Below are positions 49,325-58,668 of a stretch of 64,000 bases of DNA, piece by piece. The stretch is from NCBI GenBank assembly GCA_963747365.1, contig CAVVFB010000001.1:147165-211164 (forward strand), read 5' to 3'. How positions within the stretch are numbered: position 1 is the stretch's first letter; each line of letters opens with the position of its first letter. The stretch is from an uncultured Bacteroidota bacterium. Lineage in GTDB: Bacteria; Bacteroidota; Bacteroidia; Bacteroidales; GCA-2748055. Both the position numbers and the translations under genes were made by a program. The notes under the pieces were generated by a model that worked only from the letters and a program-made list of their open reading frames with translations, had not been told where the DNA came from and searched no databases.

Positions 49325-51059
49325 TGCTTAGCCTTATTGTCTTGTTATTAAAATACTCCATATTCTGTCGTATTTCAGGTCTTTCCTGGTCCCAGTCAAA
49401 TGAATACTCCAATCCGAAAAGGGAAGGTTTGATACCAAGGTCATGGATCAGTTCCAGTACATGATCAAGGTTCAGCACCCCTTTACCCCAGGCAACATCA
49501 TGCCCTTCGTTACTGAATTCATTCAGATCGTGCATCTGGATGGTAATAAGCCTGTCCTTCAGAATATTTACCGCGTCTGAAGGTTGGATGCCGGACCTGG
49601 CCCAGTATCCAAAATCACCACAGGCACCGATCAGGGGACTTCGATCCTTGCAGTATTTCATGATATTCCCGGGATTCCACCAGAGGGGTGAAATATCATT
49701 CCTGTGGTTATGAATGGCAAGCTTTATTTGATACTCCATGCAGTACTTTTCAATCATATCCAGGGCTTCCGGTTTCGGTTCTGATATGAAAGTCTCAATC
49801 CCCATTTTCCGTCCGAATTCAAAAAGTTTCCTGCATTCACCTTCATCTTCAGGTATATCATGAATATAATAGTTTACAAGGGTTACCCCGGCAGAAAGAA
49901 ACTTTTTCCTGATGCGGATCAGCTCATCTTCATCCAGGTGATAATCAAAATTTCCGGCGATCGTTTTACTGACCTTCTGGACATTCAAACCGTCCAGGAA
50001 ATGGATACCCATAGCGGCCGCCGTATCAATGGTCTCAAAAAGCGTATTTGTTTTATAGCTGTATGCGGTAAGTCCCAGGCGCCAGCCCAGATTTTCCTGA
50101 GCCCTGATGGCCGGAGTTACTTTATTGCTGGGTATGGTGGGTGCATCCAGATTACCCATGGCAAACCGGATGGCATCGAAGTAATGTTGCAGGACAACAG
50201 GATTCCAGTTTAAATGGGCATTATGTCCAAGGGAGGTGTAAAAAACCCTTCCCCTTCCGTAATTCCTTACCCAGCTTATGGCTATATCCTTATCTGCACG
50301 CCGCTCCGGCAGGATATACCGCTCTTCACTCATATCAGTTCGTTCTGTATCAATGGATAACAGAATACGGAGTTTGTCCCTGGTGTATGGTTCGGAAAAC
50401 TGGAATACCTCATCGCTTACATCAAAGCCCTTTCCGTTAAAAGCCCTGTTTACCGGATGGTCGGGCTCATCAAGTTTTAAGGTAATCCATTCGTCAGGTT
50501 TCCATGGATGCCCTCCGTTCTCATATCCCCCGAGCATCTCACCATACTCCGGGAACTGGTCATAAACAGGCCACTGGCAAAAAGTTGCCCCGGCTGCATG
50601 AATACCAATGAAACCCTTTCCGCTGTATATATATTCCAATAGATTGTTTCTCATCACCGGATCATCGAACAGTACTCCGGCTGTATTATTAAAGCAAATG
50701 GCATCAAATTGCTGCAAAACCTCAGGCTTGAAGATCAGTGTATCATTGCTGAACCAGGTATCCCATTCTCCTGTTTCCTCGCCCATGAGTTTGAACATAT
50801 AATTGGCATATGGGATGGATGGATGGCCATTACCGGCTCTGCCATTCTTCATATTCAGGGTAAAAACAAGCAGTTTCCCCCGCGTTTCGTCTTTGGAGCC
50901 AGCTTCCCCCGGAAGCGCATCCCTGATCAGGTTTTTTGCAGAGTCAGGGATAGTTGCGTAAAAACCGGCTGCCTCACTGCCCGTTACTATTTTCTGTGCA
51001 TCTGCAAGGTTGGTACATGCAATGATAAGGATAAAGATAAGCGTTGCTGTTTGACGCAT
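49314..51059 (-). CDS. Exported ThuA-like domain / sugar-phosphate-isomerase TIM-barrel fusion
   Basis: Signal peptide; ThuA-like GFIGIHAA, GRVFYTSLGH; TIM-barrel LAIHNH, GACGDFGYW, QMHD, GLEY. Confidence 0.8.
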   Translation of the reverse strand: MRQTATLIFILIIACTNLADAQKIVTGSEAAGFYATIPDSAKNLIRDALPGEAGSKDETRGKLLVFTLNMKNGRAGNGHPSIPYANYMFKLMGEETGEWDTWFSNDTLIFKPEVLQQFDAICFNNTAGVLFDDPVMRNNLLEYIYSGKGFIGIHAAGATFCQWPVYDQFPEYGEMLGGYENGGHPWKPDEWITLKLDEPDHPVNRAFNGKGFDVSDEVFQFSEPYTRDKLRILLSIDTERTDMSEERYILPERRADKDIAISWVRNYGRGRVFYTSLGHNAHLNWNPVVLQHYFDAIRFAMGNLDAPTIPSNKVTPAIRAQENLGWRLGLTAYSYKTNTLFETIDTAAAMGIHFLDGLNVQKVSKTIAGNFDYHLDEDELIRIRKKFLSAGVTLVNYYIHDIPEDEGECRKLFEFGRKMGIETFISEPKPEALDMIEKYCMEYQIKLAIHNHRNDISPLWWNPGNIMKYCKDRSPLIGACGDFGYWARSGIQPSDAVNILKDRLITIQMHDLNEFSNEGHDVAWGKGVLNLDHVLELIHDLGIKPSLFGLEYSFDWDQERPEIRQNMEYFNNKTIRLSNDN

Positions 51060-51320
51060 TGTTTTGTATAGTTTAGGTCAGTTTCTTCAAAATACCAACT
51101 AAATTTAATACTCTTCATCTAATAAACTTACCTCATAAATTATTATTTAGATATTTATTTTTCCGGATGGTATTCTTGCCCTGACTATTTAATGATTGTT
51201 AATGTTATTAGCCTTGATATTTTAATACTAAATGATTGGGCTAAATATCATCTTTACCAGGCCTTCCGTTTTTGCCAAAACAATTGTACTTTTCTGATTC
51301 AATCTAAAAGCGTCTCATCC

Positions 51321-52625
51321 ATGCAACGATCCGTTTTCTTTTTTTGCCTGCCCTTCCTGTTCCTGTCGGTATCGGGTTTATCTCAGACAGATTTAAATAC
51401 TGGAATTGAGAAACACCTGGTTGATCTGGAGAATCTGTACAAGGAGTTGCACCAGGCTCCCGAACTGTCGTTCATGGAATTTAACACTGCAAAGAAAATG
51501 GCCGGTGAATTGCGTTCACTCGGATTTGAGGTGCATGAAGGTCTTGATGGAAATACACTGCTTGGATTATACCGCAACGGGGAGGGACCGGTGATCATGG
51601 TCCGCACTGACCTGGATGCCCTGCCCATTGAAGAGAAAACCGGGCTTCCCTACGCCAGTAAGGTGGTAGTAAAAGACCTGGAAGGCAATGAGACAGCTGC
51701 CATGCATGCCTGCGGGCACGACATGCATATGACCGTATGGACCGGGACCGCCCGGGTGATGGTCGATTTGAAAAATCAATGGAAAGGTACCCTGATGATG
51801 ATCGCACAGCAGGCGGAAGAGCGGAGCGGCGGAGCGAAAAATGTTCTGGAGGCAGGACTCTATGAGAGATTCCCGGTCCCCGATTATGCACTGGCCTATC
51901 ATGTAAGTGAAAAGTTCCCCACGGGTACCATCGGATACAAAAGCGGACAGGTTATGGCAGGAGTCAGCTCGGTAGACATCACCCTTTTTGGCAGGGGTGG
52001 GCATGGTGCACTCCCCGATCAGACCATTGACCCCATCGTGCTGGCAGCCAGGATGATCATGGACATCCAGACCATCGTAAGCAGGGAGCTTTCACCGATG
52101 GACCCTGCAGTGGTGACTGTTGGATCCATCCACGGCGGAACCAAGCACAACATCATTCCTGAAGAGGTAAAGCTTCAGCTGACAATTCGCTATTATGATG
52201 AATCAGTGGGGCAGTACATCGTTTCTGCACTAAAAAGAATCGGAAACGGTCTGGCTGCCTCAGCCGGATTGCCTCCGGAGAAATACCCTGTGGTGAAGGT
52301 ACAGGATGAGTCCACGCCCCCTGTGATCAACAACCCGGAGCTCACCAACAGGCTTGTTCCGGTATTAAAGACTGCCCTGGGAGCGGATCATATCCAGGAA
52401 GCCAAGGCCCTGATGGTTGGGGAGGATTTTGGCCAGTACGGGCTCACCCCCGAAAATGTTCCTATCAGCCTGATGTGGCTTGGCAGTATCAGCCCCGGCA
52501 GGTTCTCTTCAGGGGAAACTATCCCGGGCCTGCACAATGCTTATTATTATCCGGATTATACTGAAACCATCAAAACCGGAGTAAAGGGGATGGTTGTGAT
52601 GCTTCAGGAGCTCTTTGGTCGCTAA
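51321..52625 (+). CDS. M20D family amidohydrolase (exported)
   Basis: LHQAPELS, RTDLDALP, MHACGHD.H, QQAEE, GHGA.P, GEDF, LHN; start at MQRSV. Confidence 0.88.
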   Translation: MQRSVFFFCLPFLFLSVSGLSQTDLNTGIEKHLVDLENLYKELHQAPELSFMEFNTAKKMAGELRSLGFEVHEGLDGNTLLGLYRNGEGPVIMVRTDLDALPIEEKTGLPYASKVVVKDLEGNETAAMHACGHDMHMTVWTGTARVMVDLKNQWKGTLMMIAQQAEERSGGAKNVLEAGLYERFPVPDYALAYHVSEKFPTGTIGYKSGQVMAGVSSVDITLFGRGGHGALPDQTIDPIVLAARMIMDIQTIVSRELSPMDPAVVTVGSIHGGTKHNIIPEEVKLQLTIRYYDESVGQYIVSALKRIGNGLAASAGLPPEKYPVVKVQDESTPPVINNPELTNRLVPVLKTALGADHIQEAKALMVGEDFGQYGLTPENVPISLMWLGSISPGRFSSGETIPGLHNAYYYPDYTETIKTGVKGMVVMLQELFGR

Positions 52626-52641
52626 CCTCACCCGGCAGCAA

Positions 52642-53376
52642 TTACTGTTTCAGGGCTGCTTTTGTAAAGATATAATCCGGAATTTCCTGGTCAAATTTTA
52701 CACTGTTAAACCTGAATTCGGTGCCCTCGCCATCCTTTAACATATCCTTATAGACCATGGTCATGGGAAACCACCGTCCCTGAATTTTTTGTACATCAGA
52801 GAGGGTTGTACGTTTGAGCAACTGACCTCCTTTGGCAAACATCTCCTGCTTCAGGGGAACAAACCGTTCACAATCCACCCACACCTTTTGTTCGTAGTAA
52901 GCTACATTATCCACATTGGCCACCAGTTCCAGTACATAGGTGTCCCTGCCATCAATCTCTTCATGACCCGAAAGGGCAGCGTCATATACCTCTGTAAGTT
53001 TTCGGTCATCCATCATATCCTCATAGGAGAGGTCGGAACCCATTACTGACTGACGCAACATATGTCCCGAGATCTGAATGATCCGGTCGGTAGATGGAGA
53101 ATAGATCCATAGCTGATCTTCCAGTTTAAGCATTTTTGTCCCCTGTTCACGGGCAGGAGAGAGGTATTCGGTAAAGGACTGTTTATCCCCCACCGAGTAA
53201 GTTCTGGACCCAACGGTCCGGCTTGAGCGGCGTCCGTGGATAATCATATCAGATTCAAATACCCTGTTTTCTGAGGACATGTTTTTGTCGACAGTCTCCA
53301 GTATCTCCTTTGCCTCCTGTGCGCACAGCGAAAGACCAGCTGAAATCATAATCCCTGCAAATATTACTTTTTTCAT
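52642..53376 (-). CDS. LolA-like outer membrane lipoprotein-sorting protein
   Basis: Signal peptide; LSPAREQGTKMLK...LWIYSP...MGSDLSYEDM...F.KAALK. Confidence 0.8.
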   Translation of the reverse strand: MKKVIFAGIMISAGLSLCAQEAKEILETVDKNMSSENRVFESDMIIHGRRSSRTVGSRTYSVGDKQSFTEYLSPAREQGTKMLKLEDQLWIYSPSTDRIIQISGHMLRQSVMGSDLSYEDMMDDRKLTEVYDAALSGHEEIDGRDTYVLELVANVDNVAYYEQKVWVDCERFVPLKQEMFAKGGQLLKRTTLSDVQKIQGRWFPMTMVYKDMLKDGEGTEFRFNSVKFDQEIPDYIFTKAALKQ

Positions 53377-53406
53377 CTTTTTTCTTTTGTTTATTTGACT
53401 AAGCAT

Positions 53407-53457
53407 TGTACCCTGAGCACTGTCCCCTGAGCACTGAGTACTGAGTACTGAGTACTG
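53407..53457. repeat. Intergenic heptamer tandem array
   Basis: TGTACCC TGAGCAC TGTCCCC TGAGCAC TGAGTAC TGAGTAC TGAGTAC TG. Confidence 0.85.
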
Positions 53458-54732
53458 TTATACTTCCAGCTCCTTGAACAGTTGTGCGGTTTTGCGTTTG
53501 TATATTGCAAAACCTGCCAGGGCATTTCCAAGAACAGTGGCGATAACCCCAGGAATGAAACCGACTACATACATGGATGGGGTCACCTGTGCCCTGAAAA
53601 CAGAGGGCAACATCATTCCCATGCTGCCGGTTAAGGCAGAAAAATCCATTCCATGGGTTTGCAGCCTGTAGGTAAGTGCCAGCCCCAGAACCGTTCCTGC
53701 AAAAGAACCGATGACCCCGATCAGGATGGCTTCATAAATGGTGGTTCTGTAGATATGCCTTTTCTCCTCTCCCAACGCAAGACGTACCCCAAATTCACTG
53801 TACCTGCGAAGTCCCCCGAGAAGCCCGGTGTTCCAGAGAACGATGGACATCGCAATGATGAATATAAAGACCATGATTCCCACCATATTTTCAGCGATGG
53901 AGAGGTAATCGGCCATTCCCGCTTCTTCGGCGAGCCTGGTCATTTTGGGTGAGAATTCATCACTCTCCACACTGTATTTTGCATTGAATGTATCGGCCAG
54001 GTTCCGGGCGGCCATGTCATCGTACGGATGATCCTTAAAAAATCCCAGAATTTCGTTTGCAGCATCCTCCATATCGAGGGCCAGCTGTGCATCCGTTAAA
54101 TCCATATAGATGGCCCCCCGGTCCAGTACACTGTTACCAAACCTGAGGGTGCCGCTCACCACAAAGGTCTTAAACATCATACTTCCATTCATGGTGGAGC
54201 CGAACAGGGTAACCTCATCACCCACGGACACCCCGTACTTTTCTGCGAAATCATCGCTGATCAGCGCTTCCCCCGGTCTTCCCGGCAGCTTTCCCTTGAC
54301 AATGGAATTCTGAATGTTCATTCTTTTCACCTCATTACTGGCAGGATTAAGAATATCAATGGCTGTTGCCATGGCCGGGCCCTGTCCCCGGGTCTCTCCG
54401 TTTTCATCAGGAACATCCAGTAATCCTCCCGAAAGGATCCTTTCGGTCCACTCCAAATCAGGGTACTCGGCCTGCAACTGTTTTTTCAGACCGGAAACGC
54501 CAAAAAGTGCCAGATCGACGGGTACCTGGTCGGAGTTTTCCGAATAGGCCCGTGTGGTGACCTTTACATGACCTGAAGAAAATTTGGCGTTCATATCGAT
54601 CATATCGGTCATCACCCCTTTAAAGAAGCCGCTCATAAATACGGTCAGAAAAACGCCCAGGGCCACAACAATCACCGGTAACAGACTCCGGCTTTTGTCC
54701 CTAATTATACCTTTAAACAGAAATCGTATCAT
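53458..54732 (-). CDS. ABC transporter permease, FtsX/LolE/MacB family
   Basis: One N-terminal TM, large periplasmic domain, RRYSEFGVRLALG, three C-terminal TMs. Confidence 0.85.
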   Translation of the reverse strand: MIRFLFKGIIRDKSRSLLPVIVVALGVFLTVFMSGFFKGVMTDMIDMNAKFSSGHVKVTTRAYSENSDQVPVDLALFGVSGLKKQLQAEYPDLEWTERILSGGLLDVPDENGETRGQGPAMATAIDILNPASNEVKRMNIQNSIVKGKLPGRPGEALISDDFAEKYGVSVGDEVTLFGSTMNGSMMFKTFVVSGTLRFGNSVLDRGAIYMDLTDAQLALDMEDAANEILGFFKDHPYDDMAARNLADTFNAKYSVESDEFSPKMTRLAEEAGMADYLSIAENMVGIMVFIFIIAMSIVLWNTGLLGGLRRYSEFGVRLALGEEKRHIYRTTIYEAILIGVIGSFAGTVLGLALTYRLQTHGMDFSALTGSMGMMLPSVFRAQVTPSMYVVGFIPGVIATVLGNALAGFAIYKRKTAQLFKELEV

Positions 54733-55901
54733 TGTAGTTTTCCTTTTAGAGCCTCAGTGGGTTTCATTTTTGAGATCTTGCGTGCTGGCATGTAGCTCAC
54801 AATGGTAGCGGTAATGACCACGATCAGTACTGTGATCAGAATCAATCTGAAGCTGTAATAGGGGTAGATTGATTCAGCAAGTGGCAGATCGAAGTCCATA
54901 TCCTGGGCATAATCCATATTGATACCTGTTTTATTCAGCCAAAGGAAGAGGGGAATGCCGTAAAGTGATCCCAGGAGGATGGCCAGGATGCTGTGTGCAC
55001 CTCCTTCCACTGTAAAGATTCCTACCACCTGGGCTCTTGTAAGTCCAAGTGCCATATAGGTTCCGATCTCTTTTTGCCGGCGAAAAATGGAGAGCACCTG
55101 TGTATCAAAGATGGCAATCAGTGCGATAATCAGCAGCAGACCCTGTAGAACAGAGCCACCGAACTTCTTTGACTGGATGATCTTCTGCATATCTGCCAGC
55201 AGGAAATCGTTGTCCTTGAAATCCCATCCTTCCAATTCCCGCATTTCAAATCCCTCTCCGGTTACAAGAAGGGTGGCCTCATTTTCCATTCCCATCATCT
55301 CCTGAAGGTTTTGTATGGAGAGATAGACCTGGCCTTTGTCCACAGCTGGAACATCACATTTAAAGATGGATGCGATCTCTATTTCCCGGGCATCAAATGT
55401 ACCGTTTTTGTCACGCCACCGGACCAGCAGGTTGTCTCCTACGTTCAGCTTGGCCGATTGGGCCATGCTTCTGCCAATAATGGCATAATCGGTTCCGTTT
55501 GATGAAGGCAGGTCAGCGGTTGGCAGGCTTAAGATGGTCTGTTCGGGATCTACTCCGCGGAGGGTTACACCAATGGATCTCCCCTGCGGATATGCGGTTG
55601 CCTGCGCCACTAAAACAGGTGCCAGGTTTTTCTTCTCTATTTCGGCAAGGACCTCATTGGAGAGTGGCCGGTGTGAATCTTCGATGGTATACGGGTCGAA
55701 CCGGTCATACGCGGGATGCCAGAACTGTCCCTCTCCGGTTTCCCATGCCCGGGTATCCCTGCTACCCTGCCTGTTCCATCCATCGATCATTCCGTTGTAG
55801 AAAATGATCAGGACAAAAGCAAAGGAGAGAGCGATGACATTGAGCCAGGTTCTCAAACCTGCACCCAACAGATTTTTAAATGCCAGATTTAATGAGAGCA
55901 T
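54729..55901 (-). CDS. ABC transporter permease, FtsX/LolC/MacB family
   Basis: LAFKNL...RT.L, RRQKEIGTYMALG, PARKISKMKPTEAL. Confidence 0.88.
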   Translation of the reverse strand: MLSLNLAFKNLLGAGLRTWLNVIALSFAFVLIIFYNGMIDGWNRQGSRDTRAWETGEGQFWHPAYDRFDPYTIEDSHRPLSNEVLAEIEKKNLAPVLVAQATAYPQGRSIGVTLRGVDPEQTILSLPTADLPSSNGTDYAIIGRSMAQSAKLNVGDNLLVRWRDKNGTFDAREIEIASIFKCDVPAVDKGQVYLSIQNLQEMMGMENEATLLVTGEGFEMRELEGWDFKDNDFLLADMQKIIQSKKFGGSVLQGLLLIIALIAIFDTQVLSIFRRQKEIGTYMALGLTRAQVVGIFTVEGGAHSILAILLGSLYGIPLFLWLNKTGINMDYAQDMDFDLPLAESIYPYYSFRLILITVLIVVITATIVSYMPARKISKMKPTEALKGKLQ

Positions 55902-55905
55902 GATT

Positions 55906-56613
55906 TCAGTTTTTTGAATGCATATTGATTTCGTCCTTCACGACTTTTCCGTCCTCTAGTGAGACCTTACGGTTCAGGTATTGCATCACCTTTTCATCAT
56001 GGGTGGCAAATATAAAAGTGGTATGAAGCTCCCTGTTCAGATTTTTCATGGTCCGAAGAATGTGATGGGAGTTTTTTGAATCCAGGTTGGCGGTCGGTTC
56101 ATCGGCTAAAACGATCTCGGGTTTTTTCACCATCGACCGGGCTATGGCCACCCTCTGGCACTCGCCTCCCGACAACATTGAGGGTTTTGATTTGATCTTA
56201 TCGGTCAGGCCCACCCACTCCAGTGCATCCATCACTGCTTTTTTCCTGGTCGTGGCAGAAAGTTTCTGCAGCAATAATGCAAATTCAACATTCTCGTACA
56301 CCGTATATACCGGCAGAAGATTGTAGGTTTGAAAGATAAACCCGATGTGTTTGTTCCGGAGTCTTGAGGATTGCTTATGACTCAAAGAAGCAATCGATCT
56401 GTCCAATACAGTAACCACTCCCCCGGAAGGGGTGTCAAGGGAGCCGATGATATTGAGTAAAGTTGTCTTTCCCGAACCGCTGGGACCTACCAGGCCTAAA
56501 AATTCACCCCGCTCCACGGTGAGACTGATGTCGTTCAGCGCGGTGAAATGGCTCTTCCCGACGGGGAAGCTTTTGATCAGCTTTTCAATTTTAATAACTG
56601 TGGAATTTTCCAT
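55906..56613 (-). CDS. ABC transporter ATP-binding protein (LolD-like)
   Basis: GPSGSGKT, GFIFQ.YNL, LSGGECQRVAIAR, LADEPTANLD. Confidence 0.93.
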   Translation of the reverse strand: MENSTVIKIEKLIKSFPVGKSHFTALNDISLTVERGEFLGLVGPSGSGKTTLLNIIGSLDTPSGGVVTVLDRSIASLSHKQSSRLRNKHIGFIFQTYNLLPVYTVYENVEFALLLQKLSATTRKKAVMDALEWVGLTDKIKSKPSMLSGGECQRVAIARSMVKKPEIVLADEPTANLDSKNSHHILRTMKNLNRELHTTFIFATHDEKVMQYLNRKVSLEDGKVVKDEINMHSKN

Positions 56614-56624
56614 TGTATTATTAT

Positions 56625-57779
56625 TTAATGATTCAGTACAAACATGATTTGAATGCCCTTTCCGGCATAGAGGTTTTGTTCAATTTCCTGTGTTGGAATT
56701 CTGTAATCCTCGGGGTTCCAGTAAGCCATCAGGTAGAGGGAGAAATGCCTGAAGTCCCTCTGCAGATTGATAAAATTATAGAGACTTGTATTTTCCCAGT
56801 CGAAATATATGATTCCCTGGATATTGCTGAACAGCCCCAGGGGGTATGAGAGGGAGAGCAGGGAAAAAGTAGTGGTATTTTCAAATGCGAATGGCTTTTC
56901 ATCATATGAGGCCAGCAGTTGTTCGAATATCACATAAATTCCATTTCCAACGCCAAATGTGTAATCAAGCCCGGCGCTGAAAATTTCCTGGTTGGAAAAC
57001 ATGTCCAGATCTTCACTGTTGTTGACCCACGATCCTTCCAGCCAGGCCCCCACAACCAGATCGACTTTCAAATCGAAACCGATTCGGTTTTCCTGAACTT
57101 TGTCATACTCCGGGATGGCCGGGTTCACTCCCCTGGTATCTGAAACCCGGTGATGAAAGGAAATGGCTGCTTCACCGGCGGGAATGGGCGATTGGAGTCT
57201 TCCTCCAAACTCTGGAATATCCTGGTAGGTTCCGGCGAAATCCCAGCCCCTGGGATTCTTATTTCCATAAAGGCACCAGAACCAGAGGTTGGCATTGTTC
57301 AGGAAGTAATACCTGAAAAGACCGCCCCAAACTCCATCGGTAAGGCCCAATGGGTCGCGAGGGTCCACTTCATCAAACCACATCAGCGGTCTGATCAGTT
57401 GTGCCGAACCAAAGTTGATTTTCTGCAATCCCACCCTTACCTCAAACTGCCGTGAGGAGTATCTTCCCCATAGCCGGTATGGTTTGATCATCCCATCGGC
57501 ACTGATTGTATCAAAGGGTCGGAATCCGAAGTTCCCATTCATGTTGGCTGAGGCCTCAAAATCGATGAGGTGGTCATTTTTTAGATTGATCTCATAGTTA
57601 AGCTGGGGAATATACCTTCCTCCCATGTAAACCGGCAGGTCCAGGCCGCCATTGTAAAGAGCCCATGCGGAGAGCTGACCCTTGAACATCAGGCTGTCCT
57701 GGGCGGAAAGCTTGCCGCTGATCCCCATTAAGAGGCAGGTGAATAATATGGATCTTAACCTGAGCATCTCACTAATCAT
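56625..57779 (-). CDS. Putative outer-membrane beta-barrel protein
   Basis: Signal peptide ...SAQ; RVGLQKINFG, DPRDP...GV.G; amphipathic strands; start at MISEML. Confidence 0.65.
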   Translation of the reverse strand: MISEMLRLRSILFTCLLMGISGKLSAQDSLMFKGQLSAWALYNGGLDLPVYMGGRYIPQLNYEINLKNDHLIDFEASANMNGNFGFRPFDTISADGMIKPYRLWGRYSSRQFEVRVGLQKINFGSAQLIRPLMWFDEVDPRDPLGLTDGVWGGLFRYYFLNNANLWFWCLYGNKNPRGWDFAGTYQDIPEFGGRLQSPIPAGEAAISFHHRVSDTRGVNPAIPEYDKVQENRIGFDLKVDLVVGAWLEGSWVNNSEDLDMFSNQEIFSAGLDYTFGVGNGIYVIFEQLLASYDEKPFAFENTTTFSLLSLSYPLGLFSNIQGIIYFDWENTSLYNFINLQRDFRHFSLYLMAYWNPEDYRIPTQEIEQNLYAGKGIQIMFVLNH

Positions 57780-58353
57780 GAGGTGAAACGCCGTACACAA
57801 AAAGATTTGTGATTTCCATTATCAACTCCTGCGAGGATTCAAAAAAATGCAGTATTTCATCATCCGAATAAATGGGTATGAGTTTTAAGGTGAAGGTCAT
57901 GAAGAATGGGATATTCAGATCCTTTCTGATCCATCCATCTTCTTTACCTTTTTCATAGATCCTTGCGACTTCAGCAAACATGCTGTTGGTCTTTTCTTCT
58001 ATGAAAATTTTCAGCCCGGTATCGGGACTGGCATAGAGATCTTTTATAAATTCTTCGCTTATATCGCGGGAACCTTTCGATTTCATTTGCATGATCTTCC
58101 TGAGTGTTTTGGCCGTTGATTCATGCTCATCAGAAATTCTTCTGACCTCTTGAATACTTTCGTCAAGTATCTCATCCAGGATGGTCTTGGCCAGTTCAAG
58201 TTTGTTGGGAAAGAATTTATAGAAAGTCATTTTACTTACTCCGGCCGCCCTGCAAATCTCCTCAATGGAAACCCTTTTAAAGCCGAACTTCCAGAATAGT
58301 TCTTTCCCGCTGGCAAGAATCTGCTTTCTTTTTGGATTAGACGTTGGTTTCAT
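57772..58353 (-). CDS. TetR/AcrR family transcriptional regulator
   Basis: LF...GFKRVSIEEIC..AGVSKMTFYKFFPNK. Confidence 0.92.
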   Translation of the reverse strand: MKPTSNPKRKQILASGKELFWKFGFKRVSIEEICRAAGVSKMTFYKFFPNKLELAKTILDEILDESIQEVRRISDEHESTAKTLRKIMQMKSKGSRDISEEFIKDLYASPDTGLKIFIEEKTNSMFAEVARIYEKGKEDGWIRKDLNIPFFMTFTLKLIPIYSDDEILHFFESSQELIMEITNLFVYGVSPHD

Positions 58354-58358
58354 AAATA

Positions 58359-58398
58359 TACGAAATAAGTAATAATAGACTTATATCGTACAAATATA
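58359..58398 (-). promoter_or_regulatory. Probable TetR operator adjacent to the -7 promoter element
   Basis: TACGAAATAAGT-N8-ACTTATATCGTA (1 mismatch) at 58359-58390, directly downstream of minus-strand TATATTTG (58398-58391). Confidence 0.65.
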
Positions 58399-58499
58399 AT
58401 GTAAAAGTAATCGTTTGTCAAGCGAAATCTTGAAAATCTTCAAATTTTTGATGGCGCGGCCCCAACAGTATAATTCCTGCAGGGAATTCACTTCAAAAA

Positions 58500-58645
58500 A
58501 AGAGGCAGTCTCAAATGGGACTTTTTATTCAATTCTTAGGGATGCTTAGGAAGTAACCTGGCATTTTTTACGCAGTAAATTAGCACGTTACGAATAAGCA
58601 TCCCTAAGAAAAAAGAAGGGACTGTCCCTTTTGAGACAGCCCCTT
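58500..58645. repeat. ~146-bp nested-palindrome element (MITE-like)
   Basis: Outer IR AGAGGCAGTCTCAAATGGGAC / GTCCCTTTTGAGACAGCCCCT; perfect 16-bp inner IR TTCTTAGGGATGCTTA (58533-58548) / TAAGCATCCCTAAGAA (58595-58610). Confidence 0.7.
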
Positions 58646-58668
58646 AGAACAGTTATTGCGGTCCGGAA

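Noticed and set aside
53407-53457. Tandem repeats as a CRISPR array
   Set aside because: 7-nt units without spacers and no cas genes; no CRISPR array was seen anywhere in the window
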